This document shows positions 41,411 through 50,987 of a DNA stretch of 64,000 nucleotides, piece by piece. Location of the stretch: assembly GCA_026129095.1 (NCBI GenBank), contig JAHCIT010000003.1:62001-126000 (forward strand). The letters are read 5' to 3'. Source of the stretch: Deltaproteobacteria bacterium. GTDB lineage: Bacteria; JAGRBM01; JAHCIT01. Both the position numbers and the translations under genes were made by a program. Under the pieces are notes generated by a model. It had not been told where the DNA came from. It saw only the letters and a program-made list of their open reading frames with translations, and ran no database searches. Every line of letters begins with the position of its first letter. The first letter of the stretch is position 1.

Positions 41411-41483
41411 ATCCAATTGATACTATAGCCTTATGGCCATTCCCTAGCCCTTAAAGGGGCCTTGTGGTAATCGGCAGCCGAAC

Positions 41484-41559
<76 letters not shown>

Positions 41560-41616
41560 GTCCGCTCTGGACTTAAGGCAGAAGGCCAATCTGCCGGGGA
41601 AAGGGAAACCTTCCAA

Positions 41617-43188
41617 GTGCAGCGAATTGTCCGGAACCGCCCACGAAATCCGGGGTTGGCTCATTCCATACTTATCATCCTGCCGGTCGTCATGACGCTG
41701 GCGGTCCTTCTGACTGCATCCGGTGACGCCGGGGCCCAGCCCGCACGGAAAAAGAACACGGCGGTGACGCCTGCTCCGGCGGAAACCGGCGGCAAACCGG
41801 AACCGGTACCGGCTGAGACCGTGCCGCCGTTCACCCGGTTTTACGAGCCGGTTATCCTGAACGGAAAAACCCTGCCGGGTTTCATGGGGAAAAGCATCCG
41901 CAGTTTTCGGGTAGGCGTGGCGGCAGGCGATGGCGTCTCGCTGAAACCGATTCCGTTTCAGGTGGATGAGCGTAACGAACGTAATGGTGCCTTTGTCTAC
42001 TCGCTGGGACCCGGCGCTGATTTTCGTGACGAGACACCAGGGATATTCGACGAAAACGATGAAATCGTGTTCCTGGCCCGTGATGCGGGGTCGCGCCTTT
42101 CGGCCGGGGCCCGCGAGAATCTGGGAGCCGGTGTCATTGAGGCGACCTTGATCGACCAGCGAAACGGGTCACGGATGTGGGCCTATCTGTTCCCGCATTC
42201 CGATATGCTCCCGCTCTCGGACATAAAGCGTGTGAAGCTGGATGACCCGGACGAGGGCCTTCGCGTCACTGCCGAGGGATACGGTTTCCGTCTGGCCCGG
42301 GACTGCCAGCTTACGTTCGACTATCTCGCAGTGAGGGACGGCGCGATCCCGGAAGTGAATATCATGGACCGGCTGAAAGTCCGCGGATGGGTGAAGCTGT
42401 TCGGGCTTATCAGCATCAAGACCAATGAATGTGACTGGACGAGCAGGTACCATGCTGCTGTGGATGGTCCGGTGCGTGTTATCCGGAGGACCAAAAATAG
42501 CTATACGATCACGGTCGTTCCGACGGTCCGGTTTGATACCGAACTGGTGTTCTACCCTCATCATTTCGAGGTGGCGATTACCGGACGCCTTCCGTTCGAC
42601 CTGCGCCGGGTTGCCCCCAGCGGGGGATTTGGTGTTTATGTGGATTACAATGATGCGGTGAAAGGAGCTCAGTTCTATACGGGCGCCTATACGGAGGGAG
42701 TTACCTTCGACGGCACGCCCAAAACCGAGCCCACCCCGGAAGTCCTAGGCCGGGTTCCCTACGTCTGGAGCGCACTCTACGGTGTCGGTCCGGGCCGGAA
42801 TCTCGGATGGTTCTCCCGTGTTGTTCCGGGTTTCAATGTCCCGACGAAATACGCGCCGCAGATCAATGATGACGACCGCGCCGCAAACCCGCCGGAAAGC
42901 TATCCCGGAGTGCACGAGATCGGGTTCAAGGTAGATTCATTGGATGAAATGCAGGGCGGCCGGTTCGCTATCTCTTCGGTGCTCTACAGGACGAAGGATT
43001 GGAGCCCCGCGGATGTCCAGTCGCTTCTCGATGTGGTGGATAAGCCTCTCTTGGTCGAACTGTCCCCGGCCGACGGTGTTAGTGTACCGGTGACCCGCTT
43101 TACCCTGTCCACTCGTCCCAATGAACCGCCGCTTCCGGCCGAGGCGGATGGCACGGACGGAACTCCCGCAGGCAAGGGCAGCAAGTAA
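41617..43188 (+). CDS. Hypothetical exported protein
   Basis: 523-aa ORF with N-terminal hydrophobic segment, Pro-rich linker, PIPFQVDER and FDENDEIVF; no family recognised. Confidence 0.75.
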   Translation: MQRIVRNRPRNPGLAHSILIILPVVMTLAVLLTASGDAGAQPARKKNTAVTPAPAETGGKPEPVPAETVPPFTRFYEPVILNGKTLPGFMGKSIRSFRVGVAAGDGVSLKPIPFQVDERNERNGAFVYSLGPGADFRDETPGIFDENDEIVFLARDAGSRLSAGARENLGAGVIEATLIDQRNGSRMWAYLFPHSDMLPLSDIKRVKLDDPDEGLRVTAEGYGFRLARDCQLTFDYLAVRDGAIPEVNIMDRLKVRGWVKLFGLISIKTNECDWTSRYHAAVDGPVRVIRRTKNSYTITVVPTVRFDTELVFYPHHFEVAITGRLPFDLRRVAPSGGFGVYVDYNDAVKGAQFYTGAYTEGVTFDGTPKTEPTPEVLGRVPYVWSALYGVGPGRNLGWFSRVVPGFNVPTKYAPQINDDDRAANPPESYPGVHEIGFKVDSLDEMQGGRFAISSVLYRTKDWSPADVQSLLDVVDKPLLVELSPADGVSVPVTRFTLSTRPNEPPLPAEADGTDGTPAGKGSK

Positions 43189-43263
43189 GACCACCCGAAA
43201 GAAGCCGTCGGCCTGTAGCGGCCTCCCTTTCCCTCACAGCTGATCCCGGCTAAACCTGCCGCC

Positions 43264-44313
43264 ATGGCAGACATTTTCGATAGCTTTGAACTGAAACATC
43301 TCAAGCTCCCCAACCGTGTCGTTGTGGCGCCGATGACCCGGATGCAGTGCGGGACCGAAGGCATTCCCACGGACGCCGTGATTGCGTACTACCGGCGCTT
43401 TGCCGAAGGCGGGGCGGGGCTCATTATCACCGAAGGTGTCTATACCGACACTACGGCGTCGAAAGGCTATTTTGGCGAGCCAGGCATTGTGAATGGCGCA
43501 CAGGAAGCCGGCTGGAAGAAGGTCGCCGACGCAGTCCACAGTGCTGGCGGTCTTGTGGGCATGCAGCTATTCCACACCGGGCGCTGCTCGCACTCAAAGA
43601 TCATCGGCCGGACTCCACTCGCGCCATCGGCGGTTCCCGCCAAAGGGATGCATGCGTCGGCTGGAGGGCCGATGGAAATGCCCGAGGCCATGACCGAGGC
43701 GCAGATCGAGGAATCATTGCAAGGGTTCACCGATTCATCCCGGAAGGCCAAGGCTTCCGGGATGGACTGCGTGGAGATTCATGGCGCCCACGGATATCTC
43801 ATCCACCAGTTCTATTATTCCGATTCCAACACACGCACCGACCGTTGGGGTGGCATGATCGAAAACCGGATCAGGTTTCCTGTGGAACTCGTCCGCCGGG
43901 TCCGCGCGGCCGTAGGGCCGGACTATCCGGTCCTTTACCGCTTCAGTGAATTCCGCGTGGATGATCTCAAGTATTCCCATCCCGAAACGCTCGATATATT
44001 CCGGGCCCTTGTTCCTGCGCTGGAAAAGGCCGGTGTGGACGTGTTTCACGTCTCGACCTACGACGCGTTCAAGCCTTTTCATGATACGGGCAAGCCGTTG
44101 CTTGCCCATGTGCGGGAGATGACGAAGAAGCCGCTTGTTGGCGTGGGCAAGCTCGGTGAAGACCCCGCGCGCGCCCGTGAACTGGTCCGGTCGGGCCTGG
44201 CGGAACTGGCTGCACTCGGGAAGCCGATGCTCGCCAATGCCGACTGGGCGAACCGGGTTCGCACTGGCCAGCCATTGACTCCATTCGAGCCGATGATGAT
44301 GGCCCGGCTTTAG
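43264..44313 (+). CDS. NADH:flavin oxidoreductase (Old Yellow Enzyme family)
   Basis: NRVVVAPMTR, EIHGAHGYLIHQF, NTRTDRWGG...NRIRF. Confidence 0.94.
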   Translation: MADIFDSFELKHLKLPNRVVVAPMTRMQCGTEGIPTDAVIAYYRRFAEGGAGLIITEGVYTDTTASKGYFGEPGIVNGAQEAGWKKVADAVHSAGGLVGMQLFHTGRCSHSKIIGRTPLAPSAVPAKGMHASAGGPMEMPEAMTEAQIEESLQGFTDSSRKAKASGMDCVEIHGAHGYLIHQFYYSDSNTRTDRWGGMIENRIRFPVELVRRVRAAVGPDYPVLYRFSEFRVDDLKYSHPETLDIFRALVPALEKAGVDVFHVSTYDAFKPFHDTGKPLLAHVREMTKKPLVGVGKLGEDPARARELVRSGLAELAALGKPMLANADWANRVRTGQPLTPFEPMMMARL

Positions 44314-44317
44314 AAAA

Positions 44318-44926
44318 TCACTTCGCTTGCCGGTCAGCCTGGATGAAGGCAACAAAATACCGGACACCGCTGTAGAATGTGAACACCGTGGCGATATACA
44401 GGAATACCAGGCCGATGGCGTGGAAATTCACGTCTGGAACGGGCAGGGGGGACTCATCACCCCACAGTTCGCTAAGCCTGTAGTGCAGCAGCAGGAAACT
44501 GACGGCGGCAAACTGGTAAACGGTTTTTGACCGCCCACTCGTGGTTGAGTTGATCCGCATGCCTCGCTCGGCAGCGATAGCCCGCAAGCCTGTCACGGCA
44601 ATTTCCCGGAACATGAGCAGCGACACAACCCAGGCTGGGGCCCACCCGTGGGGGATGAGTGCAACCAGTGGACAGAGAATGATGATTTTATCCGCCAGTG
44701 GGTCCAGAAATTCCCCCAGCGGTGTAATCAGATTGTATTTGCGGGCGATATAACCATCGAGCCAGTCGGTCGCGAAGGCAGCCATGAACAGGACGGTTGC
44801 TGCAAGGGCTTCTCCCGTCGTAGGTGGCGCGAGCGACAGCGGATTAAGGAGTGCGACGACGACTGGAACCAGTGCAAGCCGCAGGACGGTCAGGGTATTG
44901 GGAAGGTTCAGGTTTTTGGACGCCAT
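44318..44926 (-). CDS. pgsA: CDP-diacylglycerol--glycerol-3-phosphate 3-phosphatidyltransferase
   Basis: NLPNTLTVLR, TDWLDGYIAR...GEFLDPLADK, REIAVTGLR. Confidence 0.95.
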   Translation of the reverse strand: MASKNLNLPNTLTVLRLALVPVVVALLNPLSLAPPTTGEALAATVLFMAAFATDWLDGYIARKYNLITPLGEFLDPLADKIIILCPLVALIPHGWAPAWVVSLLMFREIAVTGLRAIAAERGMRINSTTSGRSKTVYQFAAVSFLLLHYRLSELWGDESPLPVPDVNFHAIGLVFLYIATVFTFYSGVRYFVAFIQADRQAK

Positions 44927-44959
44927 CTCCGCTCCGGTGGAGGAGCCTAGACGTCCGGA

Positions 44960-46348
44960 TCAGGCTGAGCCAACAAAAAGACTGCCCTCACCCTGCATCT
45001 GGAGCAGTTGCGTCCCGGAGGGGAAGATTCCGTCCTCTCCCACCACCTGCATGCGCGGGGCAATCCGGCCTTTCCAGCCAAGAAGCCGGTCGGCCCGGAC
45101 TTCCAGGGACTGCTCGCCCACAATATCCACAACGGTCATGGGACCTTCGATCCGGAGCACGATTTCGCCCCGGCCAGTGAAGTTGACCAGGTGGACACCC
45201 TCCAGATCGCCTGTCGTGATTCGGCCATTTTCCCATCCAAGCGAGGTGGTGAAGGCAAAAAGCACCCGCTCGTTAAGAAAAATCTTGTCGCCATCCAGCA
45301 CAATCCGGTGGAACTGCTCCCGGCCGGAACTCCAGACGGCTTCGCCAGTGCCTTCCAGGCGGTGTACAGGACGTGAAGCCTCGCCGAACAGGACGTTCGT
45401 CTTGCGGCCCTTGAACTTCTTGTAAAGCGGCTCGGAAGCAGAAATGCCGCCCCTGACAATGGCGAGTCCGCTCAGCTTGGCGCAAATCCTGGTTTCGAGC
45501 CGGGCTGTGAGCAGGCCAGGTCCGGTGAGAATAAAGGCACTGTTGCCGGTGGCGGGAATTTGCGTTCGGGGGTTTTCGCCCCGGGAGTAGGTTGCTGCCG
45601 GAACCGGCGTGCCTGATTGCATGGTGGCAGTCGTGGGTGAACCGTTACCACCGCGTTGCCCAAGCTTGAGGATATTCCGGCGGCGCTCGGCGTCAGCGTC
45701 TTCCGCAGTATCTGGAGCCTCGGGAGCAGTCTCTGCCGAGGCGGGTACGGATTTTACTGGCGGGGTGCTGTCTACCCCGGCGGCCTTCAGTTCGTTATTG
45801 ACCATCACCTCCACATCGGAAGCATTTTGTCCGGGGTGACGGTGTTTTTCGAGCATCTCCTCCATCTGCTTGGCCATCCGGGCCGATCCCGACTGCCGGA
45901 AGGCATCCAGCGCACGGGCATATTCACCCCGCCTGGAATAGATGAGACCGAGATAGTTCTGGACCTTGGCCGTGTCGCCGCCCAGTTCGATGGCCCTCTC
46001 GAAATTGGCCTCGGCGCTGTCAAGCTGGCCGAGCTTGAGTTCGACAATCCCCAGGTTCACATGCAGCGTGGCCTGCCCTGGTGTCACTTCGATCAGCCGG
46101 GAGTAGGCGTTTGCCGAAGGCTGGAAATCATCCAGCTTGAAACTCGCCAGTGCGAGCCCCGCAAGGGCCTCCGGATGATCAGGCTTGAGGGCAATGGCAT
46201 CGGCAAAGGCCTCGCGGGCCTCACGAACCTCGCCCTTTTCAAGCAGCTCCTGACCCTTGAAAAGACAGTGGTAAAACCCGCCGCTCACGGAGGTGTGTTC
46301 GCTTCGTTCCTTTGTTTCGCCGGTGTCGGTGGCCGGTTCCAATGCCAT
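44960..46348 (-). CDS. TPR-repeat protein with C-terminal AIM24-like domain
   Basis: N-terminal TPRs; C-terminal beta-rich LEGTGEAV...LVNFTGRGEIVL...MQGEGSL pattern. Confidence 0.75.
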   Translation of the reverse strand: MALEPATDTGETKERSEHTSVSGGFYHCLFKGQELLEKGEVREAREAFADAIALKPDHPEALAGLALASFKLDDFQPSANAYSRLIEVTPGQATLHVNLGIVELKLGQLDSAEANFERAIELGGDTAKVQNYLGLIYSRRGEYARALDAFRQSGSARMAKQMEEMLEKHRHPGQNASDVEVMVNNELKAAGVDSTPPVKSVPASAETAPEAPDTAEDADAERRRNILKLGQRGGNGSPTTATMQSGTPVPAATYSRGENPRTQIPATGNSAFILTGPGLLTARLETRICAKLSGLAIVRGGISASEPLYKKFKGRKTNVLFGEASRPVHRLEGTGEAVWSSGREQFHRIVLDGDKIFLNERVLFAFTTSLGWENGRITTGDLEGVHLVNFTGRGEIVLRIEGPMTVVDIVGEQSLEVRADRLLGWKGRIAPRMQVVGEDGIFPSGTQLLQMQGEGSLFVGSA

Positions 46349-46350
46349 CC

Positions 46351-47076
46351 TCAGGGATCAAAAGATGCGGGACTGGTAAGGGAAGACTGTTCGGTTTCAG
46401 GCCGGAGTACCGAGGCCCAGAGCCGCTGCTGGCGATATGCCTCATGAAGCATCATCACGCGCTTTACATAAGTCCGGGTTTCCTCAAAAGGAGGAATGCC
46501 ACGGTATTTGGTGACGTTGTGCGGTCCCGCATTATATGCCGCGACTGCCAGCTTCACGTTGTTTTGGAACTGGTCGAGCATCATGGCCAGGTATTTTGTG
46601 CCGCCCCGGACATTGTGCTCGGGGTCAAAAGCGTCGTTGACGCCCACATCGCCCGCCGTGCCCGGCATGAGCTGCATCAGGCCCATTGCCCCGGCACGGG
46701 AAACAGCCAGATGGTTGTAGTCGCTCTCGGCGTGGATAACGGCGCGAACGAGATCCGGGTCAACCCCGAACTCGTTGCTGTATTTGGCGATCCAGCGATT
46801 GAGCTGGTCGTGGTCAATATCGTTCTTGGCGATCCGCGAGCGGACAGTCGTGCCGGTCTGCTGGGCCGCCTTTTGGGGCTCAGGAGCCACTTCCAGCCTG
46901 CCAGGGGCCTTGCGCTGGTAATTGTCGTTCTTCTTGCGGTCGCTGAAATGGATCACGCCACGGGCATCCCGCCACATGTAGACGTCCGCCCGCGCATCAC
47001 GCGTCAGCCCCGCAATCGCGGCCATCGTCAGCACGGCGCCCAGCACCAGAAAACGTTGTGATAACAAGCAGTTCAT
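46351..47076 (-). CDS. Lytic transglycosylase (SLT) with N-terminal DUF4124-like domain
   Basis: VYMWRDARGVIHFSD; AVIHAES, GAMGLMQLMP, AAYNAG, ETRTYV. Confidence 0.92.
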   Translation of the reverse strand: MNCLLSQRFLVLGAVLTMAAIAGLTRDARADVYMWRDARGVIHFSDRKKNDNYQRKAPGRLEVAPEPQKAAQQTGTTVRSRIAKNDIDHDQLNRWIAKYSNEFGVDPDLVRAVIHAESDYNHLAVSRAGAMGLMQLMPGTAGDVGVNDAFDPEHNVRGGTKYLAMMLDQFQNNVKLAVAAYNAGPHNVTKYRGIPPFEETRTYVKRVMMLHEAYRQQRLWASVLRPETEQSSLTSPASFDP

Positions 47077-47112
47077 AGTCACCAATGAGGCGTGGGTACA
47101 GAATACCCCTAC

Positions 47113-47142
47113 AGTATAGGAACCAACTTGTTGAAATGACAA
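47113..47142 (-). promoter_or_regulatory. sigma70-type promoter for slt-TPR/AIM24-pgsA
   Basis: Minus strand TTGTCA-N18-TATACT. Confidence 0.55.
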
Positions 47143-47152
47143 GGGGAAACGG

Positions 47153-47172
47153 AAAACCCCCGTGACGGGGGT
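47153..47172 (-). terminator. Intrinsic terminator after the ParA gene
   Basis: Minus strand ACCCCCG-TCA-CGGGGGT followed by TTTCCGTTT. Confidence 0.65.
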
Positions 47173-47183
47173 CACAAGGGTAT

Positions 47184-48068
47184 TTAGTTCTTCTCCCCCT
47201 CCGTCGCACGGGCCAGGAACTCCGCCGCCAGGGCCCGGTAGTTGTGGGCACTGGTGGAGCCGGCGTCGTAGTCAAAGATGACTTTCCCCTGCATCTGGGC
47301 CTTCTGGATCGCGGTATTTGTGGAAATTTCCGCATCAAAGAGCAGTTCGGCGAAGGCCGATTCGAGATTTTTCCGCAGGGTCTCGTTCAGCGACTTGTTG
47401 CGTTTGTCTACCTTGGTCAGCAGGACGCCCCAGATTTCGAGTTCCGGATTCAGGTGCTCGCAGATATGTCCCACCGTATCCAGCAAGTCGTGCACTCCCT
47501 CCATCGAGAGGATGGAAAGATCCGTTGGCACGACGAGCCCGTGTGCGGCGGTGAGCGCATTGACGGTCAGGGTTCCCAGGTGTGGCGGGCAATCAATCAG
47601 GATGTAGTCATACGGGTCGGGAATGGCCCGCACGGCGTTTTTCAGGAGAAATTCCTTGCCGAACTTTCCGGCGATGGCATTTTCCACGTCGCCCAGCTTC
47701 CTGTCAGCAGGAATCACGTCAAGCCCTTGGACACTGGTCGGGCGGCGGAGCCTGAGTAAATCCGCCGTCGTCCCCCGGTTCAGGAAGAAGTCCGAAAATG
47801 CGCCCGTGCCATCCCCCACCTGGCGTTTCATGGATGATGCCACATGCCCCTGTGGGTCCATATCGATAAGCAGCACCCGCTTTTCATGGTACCGGCAGAG
47901 TGATGCTGCCAGCTGGACCGCCGTGGTTGTTTTGCCGACGCCGCCTTTCTGGGCGGTAAACGCGGCTATCTGGCCCCGGAAACGGGCAGTTTCGCGGACC
48001 GGCGAGCGTTCGGGTTGAATGATAAGGCGGCGGAGTGTTCGGGCGAAGCGTGAGGTCGGGCCAGCCAT
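47184..48068 (-). CDS. ParA/Soj family ATPase (orphan)
   Basis: QKGGVGKTT, LIDMDPQG, YILIDCPP; no parB next to it. Confidence 0.92.
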   Translation of the reverse strand: MAGPTSRFARTLRRLIIQPERSPVRETARFRGQIAAFTAQKGGVGKTTTAVQLAASLCRYHEKRVLLIDMDPQGHVASSMKRQVGDGTGAFSDFFLNRGTTADLLRLRRPTSVQGLDVIPADRKLGDVENAIAGKFGKEFLLKNAVRAIPDPYDYILIDCPPHLGTLTVNALTAAHGLVVPTDLSILSMEGVHDLLDTVGHICEHLNPELEIWGVLLTKVDKRNKSLNETLRKNLESAFAELLFDAEISTNTAIQKAQMQGKVIFDYDAGSTSAHNYRALAAEFLARATEGEKN

Positions 48069-48250
48069 GACTGCTGGTTCTCCTTGGCAGAAGATGCCCC
48101 CACGCTGGCTATGACCATACCGCCCGCCGGGCCCGGACACAAGGGGAAAGAGGGAGCCGGGCTGCTGTTCCAATCGGGCAGTGTCCACGTTAAACTGGCA
48201 GGACCAGTTCCAGTGCGCCTGTGCTTGGGTTCGGTTACCGGAGGGATATC

Positions 48251-49456
48251 GTGTCGGCGCAGGACAGTCAGTTGCGAGATACCGTCAGGCGGTTCCTCAG
48301 GTTTGTCGGCCATCCACCGAAATGGAATGGCGTTGACAAATGCCTGGCGGCGGGGATGGTCATCACTCCGTTGATGGTGATGAGCTACCTGCTGCATCTC
48401 TACTTTGTCAGTAACCCCGGCCTGGCGCCCTATTACAACCAGGATTTCATGCCGGCTTACCTGCGGATGCATGAAGTGACGATCGGCGGCTGGATTGCCA
48501 TTGGCATCGCCGGTCTCGTTATCCGCAGACGGTCCAGGGACAACAAGATCTATACCTACGCAGCCAGCCAGTTCGCCTGCATCAGCAGCGCGATCTTTCT
48601 GTACGCGCCCGGTTACTTCACGACATTGTATCTGCTGGGAGTCCTGGGGGGCGGGATGATGCTGCTTCTGTTCTTCGACCAGAACCAGGCGCTCTGGGGG
48701 ATTGCGACGCTTGCAGTCATTTATGTCGTGATCAGTGCCGGGATATTTGCCGGGGTCATTCCGGCGGCGCCACTGGTGGCGTACGTTCCGATCGACGGAG
48801 ATGGCCGACTGTCGCCGGTCTACACGGCAGTAAACGCCACCTCGGGTTTTGCCCTGATGACGCTGATGCTTGGGGCCATGGCTGCGACGATTTTCCAGTG
48901 GCGGGAGCGTGAGGCGAAGATCGAGAGCATGTCGAAAACCGATCCGCTCACCGGCCTCGCCAACCGGCGGCATTTCTTCAATACGCTCCAGAACGAGGTC
49001 GCGAGGTCACTCCGCACCGGCCGTCCGCTTTCGTTCGTCATCTGCGACACGGACAAGTTCAAGGCGATCAATGACACATATGGCCATCAGGCGGGCGACG
49101 AGGTGCTGAAAACGATAGCCGATGTTATGCGGGCCAATCTCAGGATGGGGCTTGATACGGTGGGCAGGATCGGTGGAGACGAGTTTGCCATCGTCATGAC
49201 GGATACGAACCTCGATGGTGCCCGGACACTGGCCAACCGGATCGCCGAAGCGGTCCGGCGCCAGCTGTTTGGCCGGAATGGGGTCCACTACTCGACTTCA
49301 CTCAGTATCGGCGTGGTGGGCCGTCACGATGAACCGGTGGACGTGAACATGCTGGTCGAAGTTGCCGACACGCTGCTCTACCAGGCAAAGCGTGAAGGAC
49401 GGGACCGGGTTGCGGCGGGGGCGTTGGCCGAATTCAGCAACCGCGCCGAAGCCTGA
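48251..49456 (+). CDS. Membrane-bound diguanylate cyclase (GGDEF)
   Basis: Multiple TMs, DPLTGLANRR, DTDKFKAINDTYGHQAGD, RIGGDEF; start 48221 or 48251. Confidence 0.92.
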   Translation: MSAQDSQLRDTVRRFLRFVGHPPKWNGVDKCLAAGMVITPLMVMSYLLHLYFVSNPGLAPYYNQDFMPAYLRMHEVTIGGWIAIGIAGLVIRRRSRDNKIYTYAASQFACISSAIFLYAPGYFTTLYLLGVLGGGMMLLLFFDQNQALWGIATLAVIYVVISAGIFAGVIPAAPLVAYVPIDGDGRLSPVYTAVNATSGFALMTLMLGAMAATIFQWREREAKIESMSKTDPLTGLANRRHFFNTLQNEVARSLRTGRPLSFVICDTDKFKAINDTYGHQAGDEVLKTIADVMRANLRMGLDTVGRIGGDEFAIVMTDTNLDGARTLANRIAEAVRRQLFGRNGVHYSTSLSIGVVGRHDEPVDVNMLVEVADTLLYQAKREGRDRVAAGALAEFSNRAEA

Positions 49457-49484
49457 TTCAGCGGAATGACCGAGGAAGGGCTTC

Positions 49485-50858
49485 TCAGGCAGTCGCTGTT
49501 TCTTCGAGACGGCGGAGCAGGGCCGTTTCGGTTTCACGGGCGTAGCCTGAACCAAGAAAGAGATTCCTGAGAAGTATCTGGCGGGATGTGCCGAAAGCCA
49601 TTGCCCGGTCAATCGAGAGCGCAAGGATACGGGCCCGGTTTGGGGCATCGGCAGTAGCCAGGCCAAACCGCCACGGATTGATCCACAACCCTGCCAGGCA
49701 GGCTGCCGCGTCCTCGCGGACAAGGAGAGCCGGATCGCCCGCGGGTTTTACAGGCCGGAGCTTCCGGCCACCGGAAAACCGTACGATGACCCGGGCGGCG
49801 AGTGCGGCCAGATCATCCAGTTCGGCGGTTTCGCTGCATTCGACCGCCTGGCTTTCGTTTCCATATGGATGAATCCTGAATGCCTTGCCGGTGTCCGGTT
49901 GTATATGGATGTCATCCAGCATCGGGCGCACATCAATATGGGCCATCTCGCCCACACGCTTGGCGGCATAGCGGAACGCCCGTTCCCAGTTCTCGCACCG
50001 GTCGGAGTGTTCAGCGCCGAGTATGTGATAAGCAAAGGTCGATTGCGGGACCAGCGGATGTGCAGCCGGACGCACGAAACGGCTGTTACCCAGCTTGTAC
50101 CACTCGCCCGCCTCGCCGGCGCGGTCCAGCCGCCAGAGCAGTGGTTCTGGCGACTGGTGCAGGACCAGGGGCTCCCGACCGGTCCACTTGCGCAGGTTCC
50201 GCGGCAAATGCCCCGGGGCCGTGTGGTGTTCGCCCATGAGGACAAACACCTTCCGTCCGGGCTGACGCCGGAGCTGGCCGCCGATGGCGATGGCGGCGGC
50301 CTCGTCACGGCCGGGGAGCGATCCGCCGGGCTGGTCAATGCCGCATACAGGAACCCGCCGCTCACGCGCCCATCTGAGCAGTTGAGCGTAGTGATCCCAC
50401 AGCGCTTCGCCCCAGGTACGGTCGAACCGGCTCGCCGCACGGAGAGCCGGCAGGTCTTTCCGGCCGTCGAGATAGGCTCTGATATCTGCATCGTGACGGG
50501 GGGAAAAGATTTCCAGTGCAAGCACAAGCGGCGTTCCCCGTCGCCAGAGAGCCTCAGCGATCGCGGCGGCACTGGCCGTTGTCCGGGGCAGGGTATGAAA
50601 ATCTCCAATTACCGTCACTGGGTGGGCGGCGGCACTGGCCAGGAATTCGCCAAGCGAAGCGGGCAATGGTTCGATTCCGTGCAGCGACCGCCGGTAACGG
50701 CGCGCGTAGGAATCGATCTGCCCGGACGGGTCGGCTACCCGGGGTGCGATAAGGGCCTGATTGTTGCGAAAAAGGCGCAAGCGCATCGGCCGGGCCCACG
50801 CACCGGGGGCCGTGGCAACTGAAAAATCAGACTGCTGGCAGGGAAGCCCCATAGCCAC
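49485..50858 (-). CDS. ChaN-like (haem-binding uptake family) domain protein
   Basis: IGDFH, LALEIF, RDEAAA, VLMGEHH motifs; start uncertain. Confidence 0.6.
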   Translation of the reverse strand: MAMGLPCQQSDFSVATAPGAWARPMRLRLFRNNQALIAPRVADPSGQIDSYARRYRRSLHGIEPLPASLGEFLASAAAHPVTVIGDFHTLPRTTASAAAIAEALWRRGTPLVLALEIFSPRHDADIRAYLDGRKDLPALRAASRFDRTWGEALWDHYAQLLRWARERRVPVCGIDQPGGSLPGRDEAAAIAIGGQLRRQPGRKVFVLMGEHHTAPGHLPRNLRKWTGREPLVLHQSPEPLLWRLDRAGEAGEWYKLGNSRFVRPAAHPLVPQSTFAYHILGAEHSDRCENWERAFRYAAKRVGEMAHIDVRPMLDDIHIQPDTGKAFRIHPYGNESQAVECSETAELDDLAALAARVIVRFSGGRKLRPVKPAGDPALLVREDAAACLAGLWINPWRFGLATADAPNRARILALSIDRAMAFGTSRQILLRNLFLGSGYARETETALLRRLEETATA

Positions 50859-50919
50859 ACGTCACCTTAAAGCCAGTTTAGAAGATTTCCCTAAGCGGTG
50901 CGATACATAAGTGCATGGA

Positions 50920-50948
50920 TTGTCCCTGTGCCGGACAGGTGTTACTTT
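50920..50948 (+). promoter_or_regulatory. Possible sigma70 promoter of ftsH
   Basis: TTGTCC-N17-TACTTT with TG extension. Confidence 0.4.
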
Positions 50949-50987
50949 GTTCCGTTCAGGTCCGCTTGCCGCGGGCGGAGGTCGGTT

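Noticed and set aside
48251-49456. GGDEF as a Hypr (cGAMP) synthase partnering the HD-GYP
   Set aside because: It keeps the canonical Asp in GHQAGD rather than the Ser/Thr of Hypr enzymes.
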